DNA of 64,000 nt from Lama glama (GCA_028534125.1 CM052816.1:84756001-84820000), one strand, 5' to 3'. Shown: positions 12,515 through 26,489, numbered from the stretch's first letter. A program made the numbers and translations. Notes: generated by a model not told the origin, from the letters alone.

Positions 12515-12930
12515 TATTTAGAAAATCACAGACCTGCCAAACCTAGACTTTACATTATTGCAATTTTGACTTTCCCTAGGAATTGTGATCTTAATCAACC
12601 AGTCTGGAATTTTTTGGGTTAATACCAATGAGGTTATCTGTCACATGGGCCCTCTCTATCCCCCTCCAGAGAAAGAAGAGGCAGTCTGCAAAATAAAGCC
12701 CATGCTGTTCCACTGTTTCCTTCCCCTGCAGAAGAGGATGTTTTGTCCTAAAAACAATCCTTTCTTTTCCTTCTGCTAATAGTTCTCTTGCCCCATCCTT
12801 CTTCCTATTAAAACCTTCCATTTTGAATAACCTCTTGGAAAGCCCTCCTAGTTATTAGATGGGGTGGAGCCCAATTCACCTAATAAAGTGAATTAATTCT
12901 TCAATTTACTCTCTTGAATTTTCTTTAACA
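12515..12930 (+). mobile_element. 3' ERV1-type LTR, with no visible similarity to the upstream LTRs
   Basis: Follows the PPT; TATTAAAA at 12806, AATAAA at 12882-12887, ends TTTAACA. Confidence 0.8.
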
Positions 12931-13340
12931 CACTCAAGTGCCTGGTATTTTCTCCAAATTCCATGATACATTTTAAAGAATTGTGAATTTAATACTATAT
13001 ATGCATGTATGTATAAAATTAAGGTTCATACATTGTTATGTAAATGCAAAAATCTTTCATATAAAGGCTATCAGTTATCAATATAAAGTATAATAAAATT
13101 CATAAAACATACTTAGCAGTTAAAGAGTTAAACTCAGTGAGAAATGTCTTACAAAATTTATTATGAAAAAATTAGTTTTGTAAAAAATTACATATTACTA
13201 ATGGTCAAAAATGCACTATAAATACAAAAAGTACTCTACCACCATATTCTTCAAACTTTAAAAAAATTAATGAATGGCAACATATTGTTTATTTTTTACT
13301 TTTTTACCATTAGACTCTTGATTGGTTTCTTCTTGGATGC

Positions 13341-13730
13341 TATAGAAGCTGAGTAATAGCCCTGTGTAAGATGCCCATATAGTAATCTCTAGAACTACTG
13401 AATGCTACCTCAGAGGGCAAAGACTGCAGATGTTATATCAAGAATCTTCATCTGAGGAGATTACACTGGGTTGTTTGGTGGGCCCAAAGTTCAGTCACCA
13501 GTAGTGTCCCGATAAGAAGGAGGCAAAAAGATATTCCACACAAAAGAATAGAAGGCAATGTGATCAGGGAGGCAAAGATTGAAGCCACAACTAAAGCACT
13601 CCAGCAGCCACCTGAAGCTGGGAGAAGCAAGGGACAGATTCTCCCCTAGAGCCTCTAAAGGGAATGAGGCCCTGTTGGCACCTTGTTTCTCAGTATCAGC
13701 CTTGTGATACTGTGTTTTGACTTTTGGACT
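13341..13730 (+). mobile_element. MLT1C/MLT1D-like MaLR LTR, 3' truncated
   Basis: GCAGCCACCTGAAGCTGGGAGAAGCAAGGGACAGATTCTCCCCTAGAGCCT is characteristic of MLT1C/D. Confidence 0.85.
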
Positions 13731-15667
13731 TTTTATATGTACAGTGCACTTAAGGCCACAGCATAAATGATTTATCTTCTGTCACAAACTCCTCATCTCA
13801 TTGCAGACTCCACAACAGGTAGTCCACAGACCATATTCCAGTAGCACATTTTAAAGCTATTCTGCTGCTTCTCTTAACATTAATCCAATCTCATATTTGT
13901 CTTTTTAGTTTATTTCCATCACTTGGCATTTTAAATGAATAAATGTCATTTAAAATCTACAAATTTAGAAGCACCTCACTTTCTCTTTAAAATTACTTGT
14001 GAAAAGTCTAAAAAAGGGTAATGCTAGTAATAATTTCATTCCTTGTACTTTTCTACTCAAAGATACTTGTATTTAATTCTATATGCTACTGATTACTTTT
14101 AGACAATCCCCTAAACCTGGGAAACGACTTCATTGCCATTCTCATGTTTTCTCAATTTTGGAAAACAGTTTTTTTGGTCAGACGAAAGTCAACTTGTAAA
14201 TAAAACTTAAGCATCTGTTTAGTAGTCTTTCTGTTTTTCTATGTTCAATAGATCAACATATTTGGTAACATTAATTTCAAATAATTTTGTAAATAATTGT
14301 TTTGTTTAATATATAAGGGACCTCTTGACTAAACTAATTTTCATGGACTCATATATTTGATTTCATATTATCCGAAGTACTTCATAGTTAGATTTTTATC
14401 TCTCACCTAGAATATTAATATTAAACATTGTAAATAGCAAGCATCTTTCTATTAGTGGAATAAAAGAGGATACAGCTGTAAATTTTTAAAAAAGCCAGTA
14501 AGTGTTGTTTCTTTATAATAATATGAATTGAAATGCAGTGCATTTACCTTGAAAAGATGTTATGCACTTATATTCAAAATATGTAGTTTATTTATTGTTA
14601 AGGATGATGTTCCTTTTACCAAATATTTATGTTAGATTCATTTGTGTAAATAATGGCTTCTCTGTAGTTACATATGTGTGTATAAGAAGTAAGAGGAGTT
14701 GATAGCCTTGAAGTAAATTGATATAAAAATATTTATTCAGAGTCAGTTGTAATTCAAGTAGTCTGTTATGATTCCTAATACAGTCATTGTAATTCTTCTT
14801 TTCTGTAAGCTACCAATGGGATTATTATTGCCCTGCAATGAATCAATTTTAATAGTTATCAGGCACTTATTCAAATATTTCAGATCAGATTTCCCCCGTT
14901 TACAAGCACCTTTCTTTATGCAAAGGAAACTGCTACTGGCATTCATCATTTGTGAGAGAAAAAAACATCTAACTTGTTTTTTTCTTACAGATAATGTGTC
15001 TTAGAGACTAAGCTTACCTGCATAAAACAATTGAATTGTTTACACTGCCATAACCAGTTTTCAGACAAATTATGAAATCTATAAGATAAACATAATCCAT
15101 AGCAGGGATGGGGAAAAAGTTAACTTTCCAACTAGTAACTTAGTGGGACTTGGTAGAATAGGAAGAAAATCCTCTGGAACATAGCTTCTACTCTATAAAA
15201 TAATCTTCCCTTGTTTTACACATATTGCATGAATCATTTTAATATTTTGCAAAAGAATATCCCTCAGAAAATACAGCTAGAGGTACTCTAGAAACCTTCT
15301 AATCCACTAGCAGATTTATTAGAAAAGATATCTTTAGGAAGGAATCTATTTGAGTTCTTTCTCCAAGTGTTAGGCATTATCTTAAGTGGCAACCACATGA
15401 CTTTTTCTAGCTTACTATGTACAAATCAGGAAACAGAACATCATATAATGCATTTAAAACTTACATATTCAGTCAAGAAATTTCTTATCTTATGTGTATT
15501 TAATGTACATTTATTTTACGTATTTTTAAATTTGCCTCACTTGAAATTGTTTATCTGTAGTAACATTTCTTTGTTCCATTCTAGATTACACTACCTGTTA
15601 TCAACCGTTGTTGCAAATAGAAAATAATATCAATCAACCAATTTTCAGTAAAACTCAGTGTTCATAT

Positions 15668-15975
15668 CTGTGTGGTTCAGCATAGTAGCCACAAGCTCCA
15701 TGTGTCTACTGAGCACGTGAGATGTGGCTGGTCGTAACTGAGAGGCACTGTATGTATAAAACACACACTGATTGGCAAATACTAAATATAAAAAAGTATG
15801 TAAAATATCTCAGGAATATCTTTTTATATTGATGACATTTGAAATAATGTTTGAGATATTTTGGGGTTAAATAAAACAAAATTAATTTTACCTTGTTTCT
15901 TTTTATTTTTTAATGTGACCACTAGAAAGTCAAAACTATACACATCACACATTATATTTCTATTGATGCAGCAAC
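15668..15975 (-). mobile_element. MER33 hAT-Charlie non-autonomous element, near full length
   Basis: GTAGCCACAAGCTCCATGTG...TTTTAATGTGACCACTAGAAA...CATTATATTTCTATTG is collinear with the MER33 reverse complement. Confidence 0.85.
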
Positions 15976-18903
15976 TTTGTATCATTAAGCAATTTATAAA
16001 ATATATGCAAAGGAAATGTTCCATTTAATCATCATTAAATAAGGAAATAAAAATGCAGTGAGGTTAATTGGCTTGGCTAGCTTACCTAATTCAAAAGTAA
16101 ATAAATCTTCTGCCTCCAAATCATTTTTTATTTTCCCAAATTATTTGCAAGGTGCTTAGCTTGAACATTGCTTAGGTAACAGATGGCAGGACTTGAAAGC
16201 CTGATAAAGTTTTTTTAACTTCAACATTTTTAACATTTTCATAAAGTACTAATTGTGATCTGGTTTTCTGATAAATCAACTAAAAATGCTAAATTTAAGA
16301 AAAATTGACAAAATAAACACAATTATTATTTACTGATGTGGCTGTTGGTAATATGGATTTTTTTTTCTTTTTACTTTCTGAAAACTTTATTGAGGTATTT
16401 ATTTATTTTTTTTGTTCTGGTCTGTATTTGAATTGGTTATTTTTAGACTTTACTAAAATATTAAGATCATAGTTTCAGAATCTGAAAAACTATAAAATTC
16501 GCCACAAAGATATTCATTTGATGATATATTAAAGAATTTAACTCAAAATAATTTGGTACATATCAGTCAACAATAACTGGTTAATGTGAAAAAGTCCCAT
16601 TTTAGTATCAAGTAACTACATTCCTTAAGATAGTTTTAGGAAGGTGTAACAAAAACATGGTATAAAATACCTGCAAAATACCAGCTGACAAAAGCATTCA
16701 GAAATTGATTTGGTGAAATCAGAAATAAATAACATAAAAAATAGTAAAATATTTGGAATTGTATAACATTATCTTCAAATTTATTACTTTCTTACTAAAT
16801 TTTCCTACTAAATGTGACTCACATGTTTATTTAGTCTAAGTACACATTATAATTTGCATAAAATTTATCTTACTCTTGTATGTAAATTTGAAATTCCATT
16901 AAATTCTTCAGGAAAACAAGCTCAGATTTAATGGCTAAGTTGAAAAATTAATACATATGGTTGTATTGATAAGCTTTTATGTTATCTGCTATCACCATTG
17001 TTAAAATATGTTGGAATAATGAAAAATCATGGATTTTGGTGAATCTTACAATTATTTAATTTAAATCATACCTTGGAATTCCTTATTAACTGATTGATTA
17101 AATAGTCTGGAGAAAATCTTTAATGGTGATATATTTCATTGTGTTGGGATAAAGTCAATAAATGATAAATTATAAAATTAAAGCAGTTTGTCTCTCCTTA
17201 GTCATACTTAGAGTAGAGGTTTTAGAATGCATCAAAGTATTATTATTCCAACATGGTAAATACAGTAGACAATTCAAACTATCCTACTGTTTCTTAACCA
17301 ATATTCTCTATTACAACATAAAATTCACAATTGGACTTGAGAGGTTAGATTAAAATACATCAGTTTTGATTTAGGTATTTGTCATTAATAACAAAGTATG
17401 GAGAACGATAGAAGATTCTGAGTGTTCATATAAGTAGTAAAAATGTAGTTTTAAAAGTTTGTGTTCATTTTTGTAAGCATTGTTAGGTAACTGAATTTTC
17501 CATTTTTGTTCAAGCTCCATTTTATTTGCCAATGTCGAAAAAATAAAGAAAAATGTATCTATATACAAAACTCATTCCTCCCTTAGATTGGTATTATAAA
17601 ATGCTCCAGAATGATTCATAATCCAGACAAAAGACCATTAAAATTGGTATCATATGACTGGAGAGAGAGATTTTCATGGGAGTTCCCAGGACGATGCTTC
17701 TATTTAAACTTTTGGGGGGTAGGTGGCAGAGACAAAGACATGTCTTCATTAGAGGAGGGAGAAAAGATGATTTCTGGAGGGTACAAGTTTTATAAGCTTC
17801 CTCTTCAGATATCAACATGGTGGGCAACCTCCAGTGAATCTTTCAGGAATTATCTTGGTAGGAAGTCAGATACTGCAGAAAAGGGACCTTGATACATTCT
17901 AAGTCTATGTAAAGCTTTATGTTCTTATACATTAGTTTATTAATTTATTTTCCTTTAATCCCTTGGAGTTAAATACTAAAAAAAAGAAAGGCTTTTGTAG
18001 TTTTCCTAAGGGATTGGGGACCTCAGGAGAAAGCATCTACTTCCCAGCCAAATGAGGTAGAAAAGAGAAAACTGATGAAATGAATAAGCGATGGTAGTTT
18101 GTAACATTATTCAAGTGGTGGTGTGATTTACTACCTAAAATATTAAAAGTAATACAAGTAAGGTAATATCTGACTGTGGAAATTACCTCTTATCGAAAGC
18201 TTATGTTGAGTTAATAAGCATTTGAAATACCTTCATAATATCTGAACATTCTAGAAGGTAATTGCTTAATATTTGAAATCCTATTAGAACAAACCTAAAT
18301 GCAAGGGTTTGTTAATTCACATAACTGACCTTAGAGATATCTTGTCATTGGTGAAATGAATGGGGCTCAAAATAGACAGTTGTTTAAGATTATTCAGGTG
18401 CTGCTATTTCAATGTCTGAGATATATAACAGCAGACAAACTCAGTAGTTGGTACCACTGGGACAGGAATCATCGGTTCTGCTACTTGCCAGTTTAGAGGG
18501 GACTCTGTTGCATAAAGTATCAAAATACAATTATACCTGCCTATTCATATCATGCATGGTAAAGGTGAGGGCTGTCCAGGGCAGAGCACGGGGCTTCTCA
18601 AAGCAACAGAAGGGTTTGTGTGACTGTTTCTGTGTCTGTTTATTTACAACAAATGTTTCCACTTTGGAGCAGAATTTGGATCTAAGACTTTCCTTACAAC
18701 TTAACCTTTTCTGCACAGACAAATCAGTTCAGGTCATTTTCCAGCCTACTGTGTATTGGGCTATACACTGAAGGTAGAGAGATACAGTTCTTATCCTCAA
18801 GAAGTTTGCCTTTCAGCCTTAACTACTGACTTTTTTTATTCTTTTTAAAAATATCCTTCTATACACAGAATTAAGAACCCTGCATCCACTATGTAGGCTA
18901 AAG

Positions 18904-18990
18904 AATAAAATAAAATAATAAAATAAAATAAAATAAAATAAAATAAAATAAAATAAAATAAGGAAAGGAGGAAGAAAGAAAGGAAAGAGA
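18904..18990. repeat. (AAAAT)n microsatellite followed by a GA-rich tract
   Basis: About 11 AAAAT units then AGGA/AAGA repeats. Confidence 0.95.
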
Positions 18991-20946
18991 GATCAAAGAC
19001 CTTTGCCTAGGACCTGCTGCAGTTTAGTGCAGCTTTTGTCGAGCCCAATGTCCAGTCTTCAGATTATATACCAACTGCCCTTACTTGATTCAGTTGATCT
19101 TCCTGAACTCAAAACTCGTACTTGCTTAAGACTATGGCATTTTTCATATATCAGAGGGTTAGTGGCAGTGCTGATATAGTTCCTCTTGATAATCCATTAA
19201 TACCATATCCTTATATGAAATACAGTTGGATTTGCTCAATACATATCAGGCATTCTCTGGTCTTTTTCATAAAAGGGAGGTGACAGTGGGGGAAATGAAA
19301 GCAAATGAAAGCAACTAAAAATAACATACAATATCTATGTAAGGTAATTACCAATATGTTAGTTACAATAATTAATTTTCAAATAGTTTCTGATGCATCA
19401 TTCATTGGTAAACCTGAAAATAATTTCAGTCATTTTGTGATAAGTAACATGAATCTCTGAAGTCCTAATTGCCTAGATCACATGAACAGCAATCAAGAGA
19501 GAAATCTAGGTTTGAAGAACTGGTTTTCTGCCTCCGAAAAGTTTTCATTTTATACATTACTACAAAAAGCTGACATTTTTGTATGTTCAGAGCGCTTGCT
19601 ATATATTCACTCAAATTATGGCCATTACATTTAAAAAAAAAAAAAGCCTTCTCACACAGGTTATCCAGGATTTAGATCAAGAAATTACTACTTTTACGTA
19701 TATCAACCAATGTGGCTAGTATAGAAATTTATAGCATTTCTTTTTATAGTCAAGACAAATATAGGATTGTCTCATAAAATTAAAATGCAGTTAAATTTTC
19801 CCTTTTTTTTTTCTGGAAGATAATGCAAATTTAAGCTTGGACATTCCTTCCAACCGGGCCTTCATTAAACCATTCACACAAACATAATCTTTTGTAGTAT
19901 AAATATTATAGCTCTCCATATTAAATCTCCCTTCTCCTAATTCCTTTCCTTTTTATTATCATCAAGTATAATTTAATGTCTACTATTTACCGAATGTTAT
20001 AAGCAGGTGCTACAGATATCCTGGTAAATAATCTGGATGAAACACACCTTTACTTTTTGTAATGAATTCATACATTAGATTACTTTAAGCAACACATACT
20101 GGTAATATCTCTCAGAATCAACCATTCATGACAAAATCTCACATTCTCATAGGGTATCATGAGAGCAAGCAGTGTAGATATTTAGTGTTAATATTAGTAA
20201 TTCACTACATTAATATCACAATGAAAAGAGTATACTAATTTCAGAAATATATAAATTTTAATCCGCCTAACTAGGCACTGAACTTGATATTCAGATCTTG
20301 AATATTTACATGTACTTAGAAAAATTAAGTATGAAGAAGACACTTTGGGGTTTTATTTCCTATTAGAGCTTTTTTTCCCACCTAAATCAGCATGAGCAAA
20401 CGTATTAACTTCTTTAATGTGTGTTACTTCTCTCTGTAAAGTAGCAAATGACACTGGAAATAATCACCTTTTGACTGTCAGAACTTATAGGTAACTCTCT
20501 GGCTAGAACCTTATTCTTTTAAAAGTAAGCATATATTAAGAAGTGAGCATATGACAAATAGCTTTTAAAATGAACACCACTCATTGCATTAGTTAGGAAA
20601 AAATGGCAGTCTGAATTAGTGACATGCCTAAAATGCAGGTTTACAACTCTCAAATAGTCAGAATAAATGAAAGTTTACATAAGGGAAAAGAAGTGCTTAA
20701 AGAAATGGCCTTAACAAATACGTATTTTCAATCAACATATCAATAAGTGGAATGTGAAAAAGGATTTGAATGCTATGTGTGCTGGAAAAGAGTTTGGTAT
20801 CTTACATAATACCATCTCTCTTAACAGTCCTGTTTGCAAATATGTGTTTTTTGAACAGCTTGTCTCCATTTGATAGTGATGCTATTTTTCCCTTTTGCTG
20901 TTTCCCACTTAAATATGGAAATCTGCCTAGTTTTGCATTACTTTAC

Positions 20947-21223
20947 TTTTTTAAAAATTTGAAGTATAGTTGATTTACAATGTTGTGCTAGTTTCTGATG
21001 TACAGCATAATGATTCAGGTATATGTATATATTCTTTTTCATATTCTTTTTCATTATAAGCTATTACATGCTATTGAATATAGTTCCCTGTGCTATGCAG
21101 TAGGACCTTGTTGTTTATCTGTTCTGTATATAGTAGCTTGTATCTGCTAATCCCAAACTCCTAATTCTCCTCCCCTCCTTCCCCTCTGGTAACCGTAAGT
21201 TTGTTTTCCATGTCTGTGAGTCT
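20947..21223 (-). mobile_element. Relatively young cetartiodactyl-type L1 3' end, 5' truncated
   Basis: GAAGTATAGTTGATTTACAATGTTGTG...GAATATAGTTCCCTGTGCTATGCAGTAGGACCTTGTTGTTTATC...TCTGCTAATCCCAAACTCC. Confidence 0.9.
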
Positions 21224-21919
21224 TTTTTTTTGTAGCTTACTTAATGCATCCTGATATATTTTATGATTATAAAAGTAAGATATATCCCAGGGCAGGATGA
21301 GGTAGGATACAGCGGTCAGCTCCAAAGAGAATTAAGGAATTCAAGTCATTAGCCCTCCATCTTAATGTGTCTCCTCTCTATGCATAGAGAAATTCATAGA
21401 GCCAAACTGATACTCCTGAAAATGTCATCCTATTATCTTAGCCACATCACAGGTAGCAAGATTGGATTTCTGATTGAAGAAACAGACAAGTGTTGTTTCT
21501 GGTGACATTTCTATGATACCTTGCAATTGATTCTCAGAATGACTTTAAGTAATCTTAGGTTCATCCCAAAGATGAATTGCAGGAAGTAAAATTCTGCAAC
21601 CTCACTTCTCCAAACTTGTGTTCTTACAAATATACTATTTTATTTATTGTGGGTTAGTGTTACCTTGAAATAGCTGAGAAAGTTCCATGTTGAAACATTA
21701 TCAGAAACATTATGATAGTGTGCAGTTATTTTTTTTAACAAATTGTCAGACTGAAATAATGAACCCACAAGGAATTTACCAAAACTAATTGATGAAATAA
21801 ATTGGCTCTAAATAAAAATAGCTGATAATAGCAAAATGTCATTGCATTGCTTGGTGTCAAGGCTATCCTTAATCAGTAACCAGCAGGTAAAACTTGGAAA
21901 ACACAATGATGCAACCAAA

Positions 21920-22130
21920 GTTTCTACATCCCCATCTATAAATGATAATAATAATAAAGCCTTTCTGACAGGACTGTTGCAATAATTACATTAGATTATT
22001 CAAGTAAAAATTCAGACTGGTATATATGCATAATTTAGAATCAGTAAATAGCAATCAGAACACCTGATATCCAGACCTCATTTCTGCTACTGATATGTGA
22101 TTTAGTCAAAATGCTTAACGTGCTAATACG
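21920..22130 (+). mobile_element. MIR fragments
   Basis: CCCATCTATAAATGATAATAATAA...AGGACTGTTG core, plus a second 5' fragment near 22055. Confidence 0.5.
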
Positions 22131-22849
22131 TTTCTTAATTATTCCTTAATTATTTAGCCACACCTTGATCATTTGTGAATCTCATTTATTTGAGAGCTAT
22201 CAGAATTCAGTAACTAAACTGTAGTAGTGATTAATGCAGACTATTTCCCCTAAATAATTAAAAAACAACTCCACATATGACATTTTCCTAGACTTTCATC
22301 ATCAAATACCAAAACAGTATAAATTAACATTGTAGGTCACATATATTACTATGAATATCTGGAAGAAAGGTATTAGAACTCCCAGTAATTTATGGGGTAT
22401 AATTTGGGATAATGAAGGAGTTATCTTCATTTGTAGATAAAGGGAAGAAGCAGCTCTGTTTTGGAGCAAAATAGGATGCCTTTTTTCATTGTTTTTGTTA
22501 CTGAACTTCCCAATCGAAATAGGAAGTAAAGTTTTCAGCCTTGTTTTGTTCCAGGGCTCAAGGTAATGATGAACGTTTATACAGTTGATATTTGGTAAAC
22601 ATGTGCATGCATTTTGAAACATACGGAAAGAGAAGTAAGTATAGTCAGTTTCAACACAAGATGCAATGCGTTATTTTTAGTAGAGACTGGGAAAATGTAG
22701 TCATTAGTTTTTTAAGGTGTGTTTACACTTGAACGTTTTTTGGAGGAGTGGTTAATTTATGGTATCAATTTTCTTTTCTACTTAAATCTTTTAATGTAAC
22801 ATAGTAGTACCTTAAACATAAGGTTGAAAATTTCACTAAATCTTAGATA

Positions 22850-24030
22850 AGATTTGCTTGAATATTTGATTAATACTCTGTTAAATTTGCTTTGTCTCAG
22901 TATTTAATACAAGTTTTTATAAAAACATACATAGCTGAGTTCATTCTGTTACTTAACTTTGATGTAACTGCTTTCTTTGCGAAGTTTTGTTATCAGGATT
23001 ACACTAGTCTAGCTGAATTAATTGAGAATATTTTAGTTACTATATTAGTTTGAAATGTTTAAAGAATATAATCTCTTTCTTAAGTGCATGGTGGAACTGT
23101 GATCAATCTGGGGAGTTTTTTTTTTTTCCACTACTATTTAAATTCAATGTTTTTTAATTAGTCTTGAATAAATTTTGACATGTATCTTTTCCTACAAATC
23201 TAATCATTATAGTTTTCAAATATAATCATTCAAATAATATTAAAATCTCTTAAATGCTTAAAACTGATCTGTGTATAGAATGAGGCTTTTATTATTTGTG
23301 GTGTGTAGTCATGTTTTCCACCTTTTTGTCTCCTTATTTAACTTGATGTTTTATTAATTTTAAGTAACTTTTACATGTTTATTATGTAAAACTAAAAACT
23401 GATTTCTTCTATAGTTTTAGTATTTTATTTTATCTCTATAATTTCATATTTTGGAGCTATTTTGATATTCTTTTATTACTCTTTATGTTAAAAACTTTGT
23501 GGAATCACTCTTCAAGTTTTATTCTAATAAAATTTTGCTCTTATGTAATCTGCTCCTAAAAATGGTTTCACTGCATCCCCTGGGTTTTGATATGAAGATC
23601 TGTTATTTTAATATATGTCTGACTAATTTATAATCTCTATTTAAATTTCTAACCTGTGAGTTATTCAAATTACATATTTACCTTCTAAACGAAAAGAACA
23701 TTGCTTGATTATATTTTATTGCTATTTTTAAATTGTATTAAATGGTTTTCAATTTGTATTAGGTTTGTAATTTAGAATATGTTAAGGCATAGTATTTCTT
23801 TTTAGCTTTTGCTTTTTTTCTGTTCATTCATTTTTAATGTGTCATTTTATTTCTAGGATTATCAATTTTTAATCAGATAATTTAATTTATCCATATTAAT
23901 TGTAATTAATGATATATTTGGATATGTTTATAATTTTGGTTCCTATAATGTCCTTTCTGTGTGTTTTCTGTATTATTTGGATTGGTTTCCTTTATTTTAT
24001 ATTGATTTTATTTTTTCTTTATTTCTCTCA
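22850..24030 (-). mobile_element. Ancient L1 (L1M/L1ME-like) ORF2 remnant
   Basis: Long T-rich tract with L1 antisense motifs (GTTTTGTTATCAGGATTACACTAG, CTGCATCCCCTGGGTTTTGATATG). Confidence 0.55.
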
Positions 24031-24044
24031 TACAAAGATGATAT

Positions 24045-24185
24045 AAATTTTATTTAAAGGGCCACAGAGCAAATATTTTAGATTTTTGGGGCCACATATG
24101 GTCTGTGTTACACATTTTTCCTTTACAATCCTTTAAAATTATAACAATCATTGTTAGCTTACTGGCCATAGTTTGCTAACCTCAA
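24045..24185 (+). mobile_element. MER58-like hAT-Charlie element
   Basis: TAAAGGGCCACAGAGCAAATATTTTAG...GGCCATAGTTTGCTAACC. Confidence 0.8.
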
Positions 24186-24469
24186 CATCCCATTTGTAAT
24201 CTAACATTTATCTTTAAATTGTAATACTTTAAACTTCAATGTTTAAGCATAACTTAAACATTTTCTTCTGAAATCTATAATGAAAAATTCCCTCTCTCCT
24301 CTTTTCAAAAATATAAGAATTTTGCCTGTCTTTACTGTCTTCCGTTCCTCCCTCCACCTCTCCAAATTCCATTTGAGATTATTTAGGGATTGACGGTGCC
24401 GACTGTTGTAAATTAGATATTAAAGCATATTTTATTTTTATAGCAATATGCATATTTTTTTGTGTAAGC

Positions 24470-24685
24470 ACTTACGTAGCACTTCCCATAGTCCAAACAC
24501 TATTCTAAGTGCCTTAAAGGTATTAACTCATTTTATTTTCACAATAATAGATAGATTTGATTGCTTTATTGCCATTTTACAAATAAATTAAATAATTCAC
24601 TCAGTGCCAAACAGCTATTAGGTGGTGGAAGCAGGATTCAAATCCAGTCTGACTGCTTCACAGTACATTCCCTTGACCTAACTAA
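24470..24685 (-). mobile_element. MIR
   Basis: CACTATTCTAAGTGCC..TATTAACTCATTT..CCATTTTACAAAT..GCAGGATTCAAATCCAG. Confidence 0.8.
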
Positions 24686-25004
24686 GCATAGACTTACTAT
24701 AAGTGTTTCCAGTTTCCTTGCTTATTACTATTTAAATCCACTCATTGAGATTCTCACCACCCCCTTTTTATTTTTTACTGTTCACCTTCTTTAATTTACT
24801 TAGAGAAGGTCTACAGTAAATGTTCTCTGTATATTTCAAATTACTAGACTACATTATTTACCCTTGTTATAGGTGACACCGGGGCAAAGATTTCGAAGCA
24901 CAAAATAAGTTTTGCCTTTGTTTTAAGCACAGGAGTGACTGTTCAAGTATATTCTGGCGTGTATTGTTCCTATTGAGAAAATCAACTAGATATGAATCTT
25001 TATT

Positions 25005-25145
25005 ACTTTTTAATTTTATTGCATTAAAAAGACTTAACATGAAGTCTGCCCTCTTAAAATTTTTAAACGTACAGATTAATACTGTCGACCCTGGAGCTTA
25101 TCTATCTTGTTTAACTGAAACTTTATAACCATTGATTAGTAACTG
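25005..25145 (-). mobile_element. L1MA-like 3' UTR fragment
   Basis: ACTTAACATGAAGTCTGCCCTCTTAAAATTTT...TAACTGAAACTTTATA. Confidence 0.6.
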
Positions 25146-26119
25146 TAGCTACTCTTTTATTTCTTTGTTTTTGTTTCTTTTTGTGTGTAAATGTTTTGCC
25201 ATTCTTTTATTTGTGGAAACATTTTTGAATTTCTCTTGAATTTTGTTTTCACATCATGTTTCTAGTAGGGACCTTCAGATCTAAGTATTTGAATAAGATC
25301 CTTTTCGAATGAACTGAAGAAAATATGTGATATTTTAATTTTCTTTGTTTAATTTCAGTTTCATTTTATTCTGGTTTATCATAGTAATGTTTTCTCTTTC
25401 TATTTAAAAATTTTAATTGGTTCTTTTCTGTACTTTTTTTTTCCAGTTAAATATTTGGGTGGTTGTTTCGGTTTATTTCTTTCTTAAATTAATGCACTTA
25501 AGATACTGACTGTCCTTCTCAGTAGGGATTTGGCTGCATTCCACTCTCTGTTTTACCATTCTCCAATGATAAGACAAAATACATAAATTGGTAAAGTGAT
25601 ACAGACAAAAATAGGGCTATTATCGAACCAGCATGGTATCACATGCAAATACTGTCCAAATTTTCAATAAAAAATAAGAGTGAAATTCAGAAATTAGAAG
25701 CCAAAAGGGCTGGTACAGCCATAGCAAAAGTAAAGAAATATTGATTTTTCCTGTGAGAATATTATATTTTATCTTTCAACACCTTCATTTTTATCTTCCC
25801 TATTCTGGCATATCTTTTCTGATTTAGTCAGTAAGATAGTATTTCAATATTTGTCTTCAATAATAATATACTAAAAATGCAAAAACCAGAAAAAGGTGAA
25901 TGTAAATGGGAGTAGCAATAAGGACACATATGAACCCTAGACTTATTTCAAATTCATACTGGCAATGTAATTTTGGTCAACTGTATATATTTTTAACATC
26001 TTCATAGTGGAAGTAAAAGTGTCTCATTATTTCAATCATTACTTGTTGGACTTTGTGTCTAAGCTGTTGAAGTATACATTGGCAAGATAATAATAGTCAA
26101 AAAATTAGATTTATTTACT

Positions 26120-26489
26120 TTCAGTGCAGACACTTTTTAATTTGATCCAATCTCACTTGTCTATTTTTTGTTTGTTTCCTTTGCTTTTGGTGTCATAACC
26201 AAGAAGCTTTTCTCTGTTTTCTTCTAATAGTTAGTTTTACAGGTTTAGGGCTTACATTTAAGTCTTTAATCCATTTTGAGTTGATTTTTGTATATGATGT
26301 GAGATGAGATAACAGTCCAATTTCATTTTTTGCATGTGTATATTCAGCTTTCCCAACATTATTTATTGAGTAGACTATCCTTTCAAGGGTGTTCTTGGCA
26401 GCATTGTTGAAGATCAGTTGACTGTAGATGTGTGAATTTATATCTAGGCTCTCTATTCTGGTCTATTGGTCTAATATTTCTCTTTTTAT
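26120..26489 (-). mobile_element. L1 ORF2 3' region fragment, inverted relative to the adjacent 3' end
   Basis: TTACATTTAAGTCTTTAATCCATTTTGAGTTGATTTTTGTATATG is a classic L1 ORF2 antisense block. Confidence 0.9.

Noticed and set aside
18243..18257. Perfect three-unit heat-shock element TGAACATTCTAGAAG
   Set aside because: Roughly one such match is expected by chance in 64 kb of AT-rich DNA, and there is no promoter context.
21655..21690. Minus-strand ctcag|10 nt|gtaac micro-exon pattern
   Set aside because: Weak donor and not a multiple of three; it shows that such patterns arise by chance.
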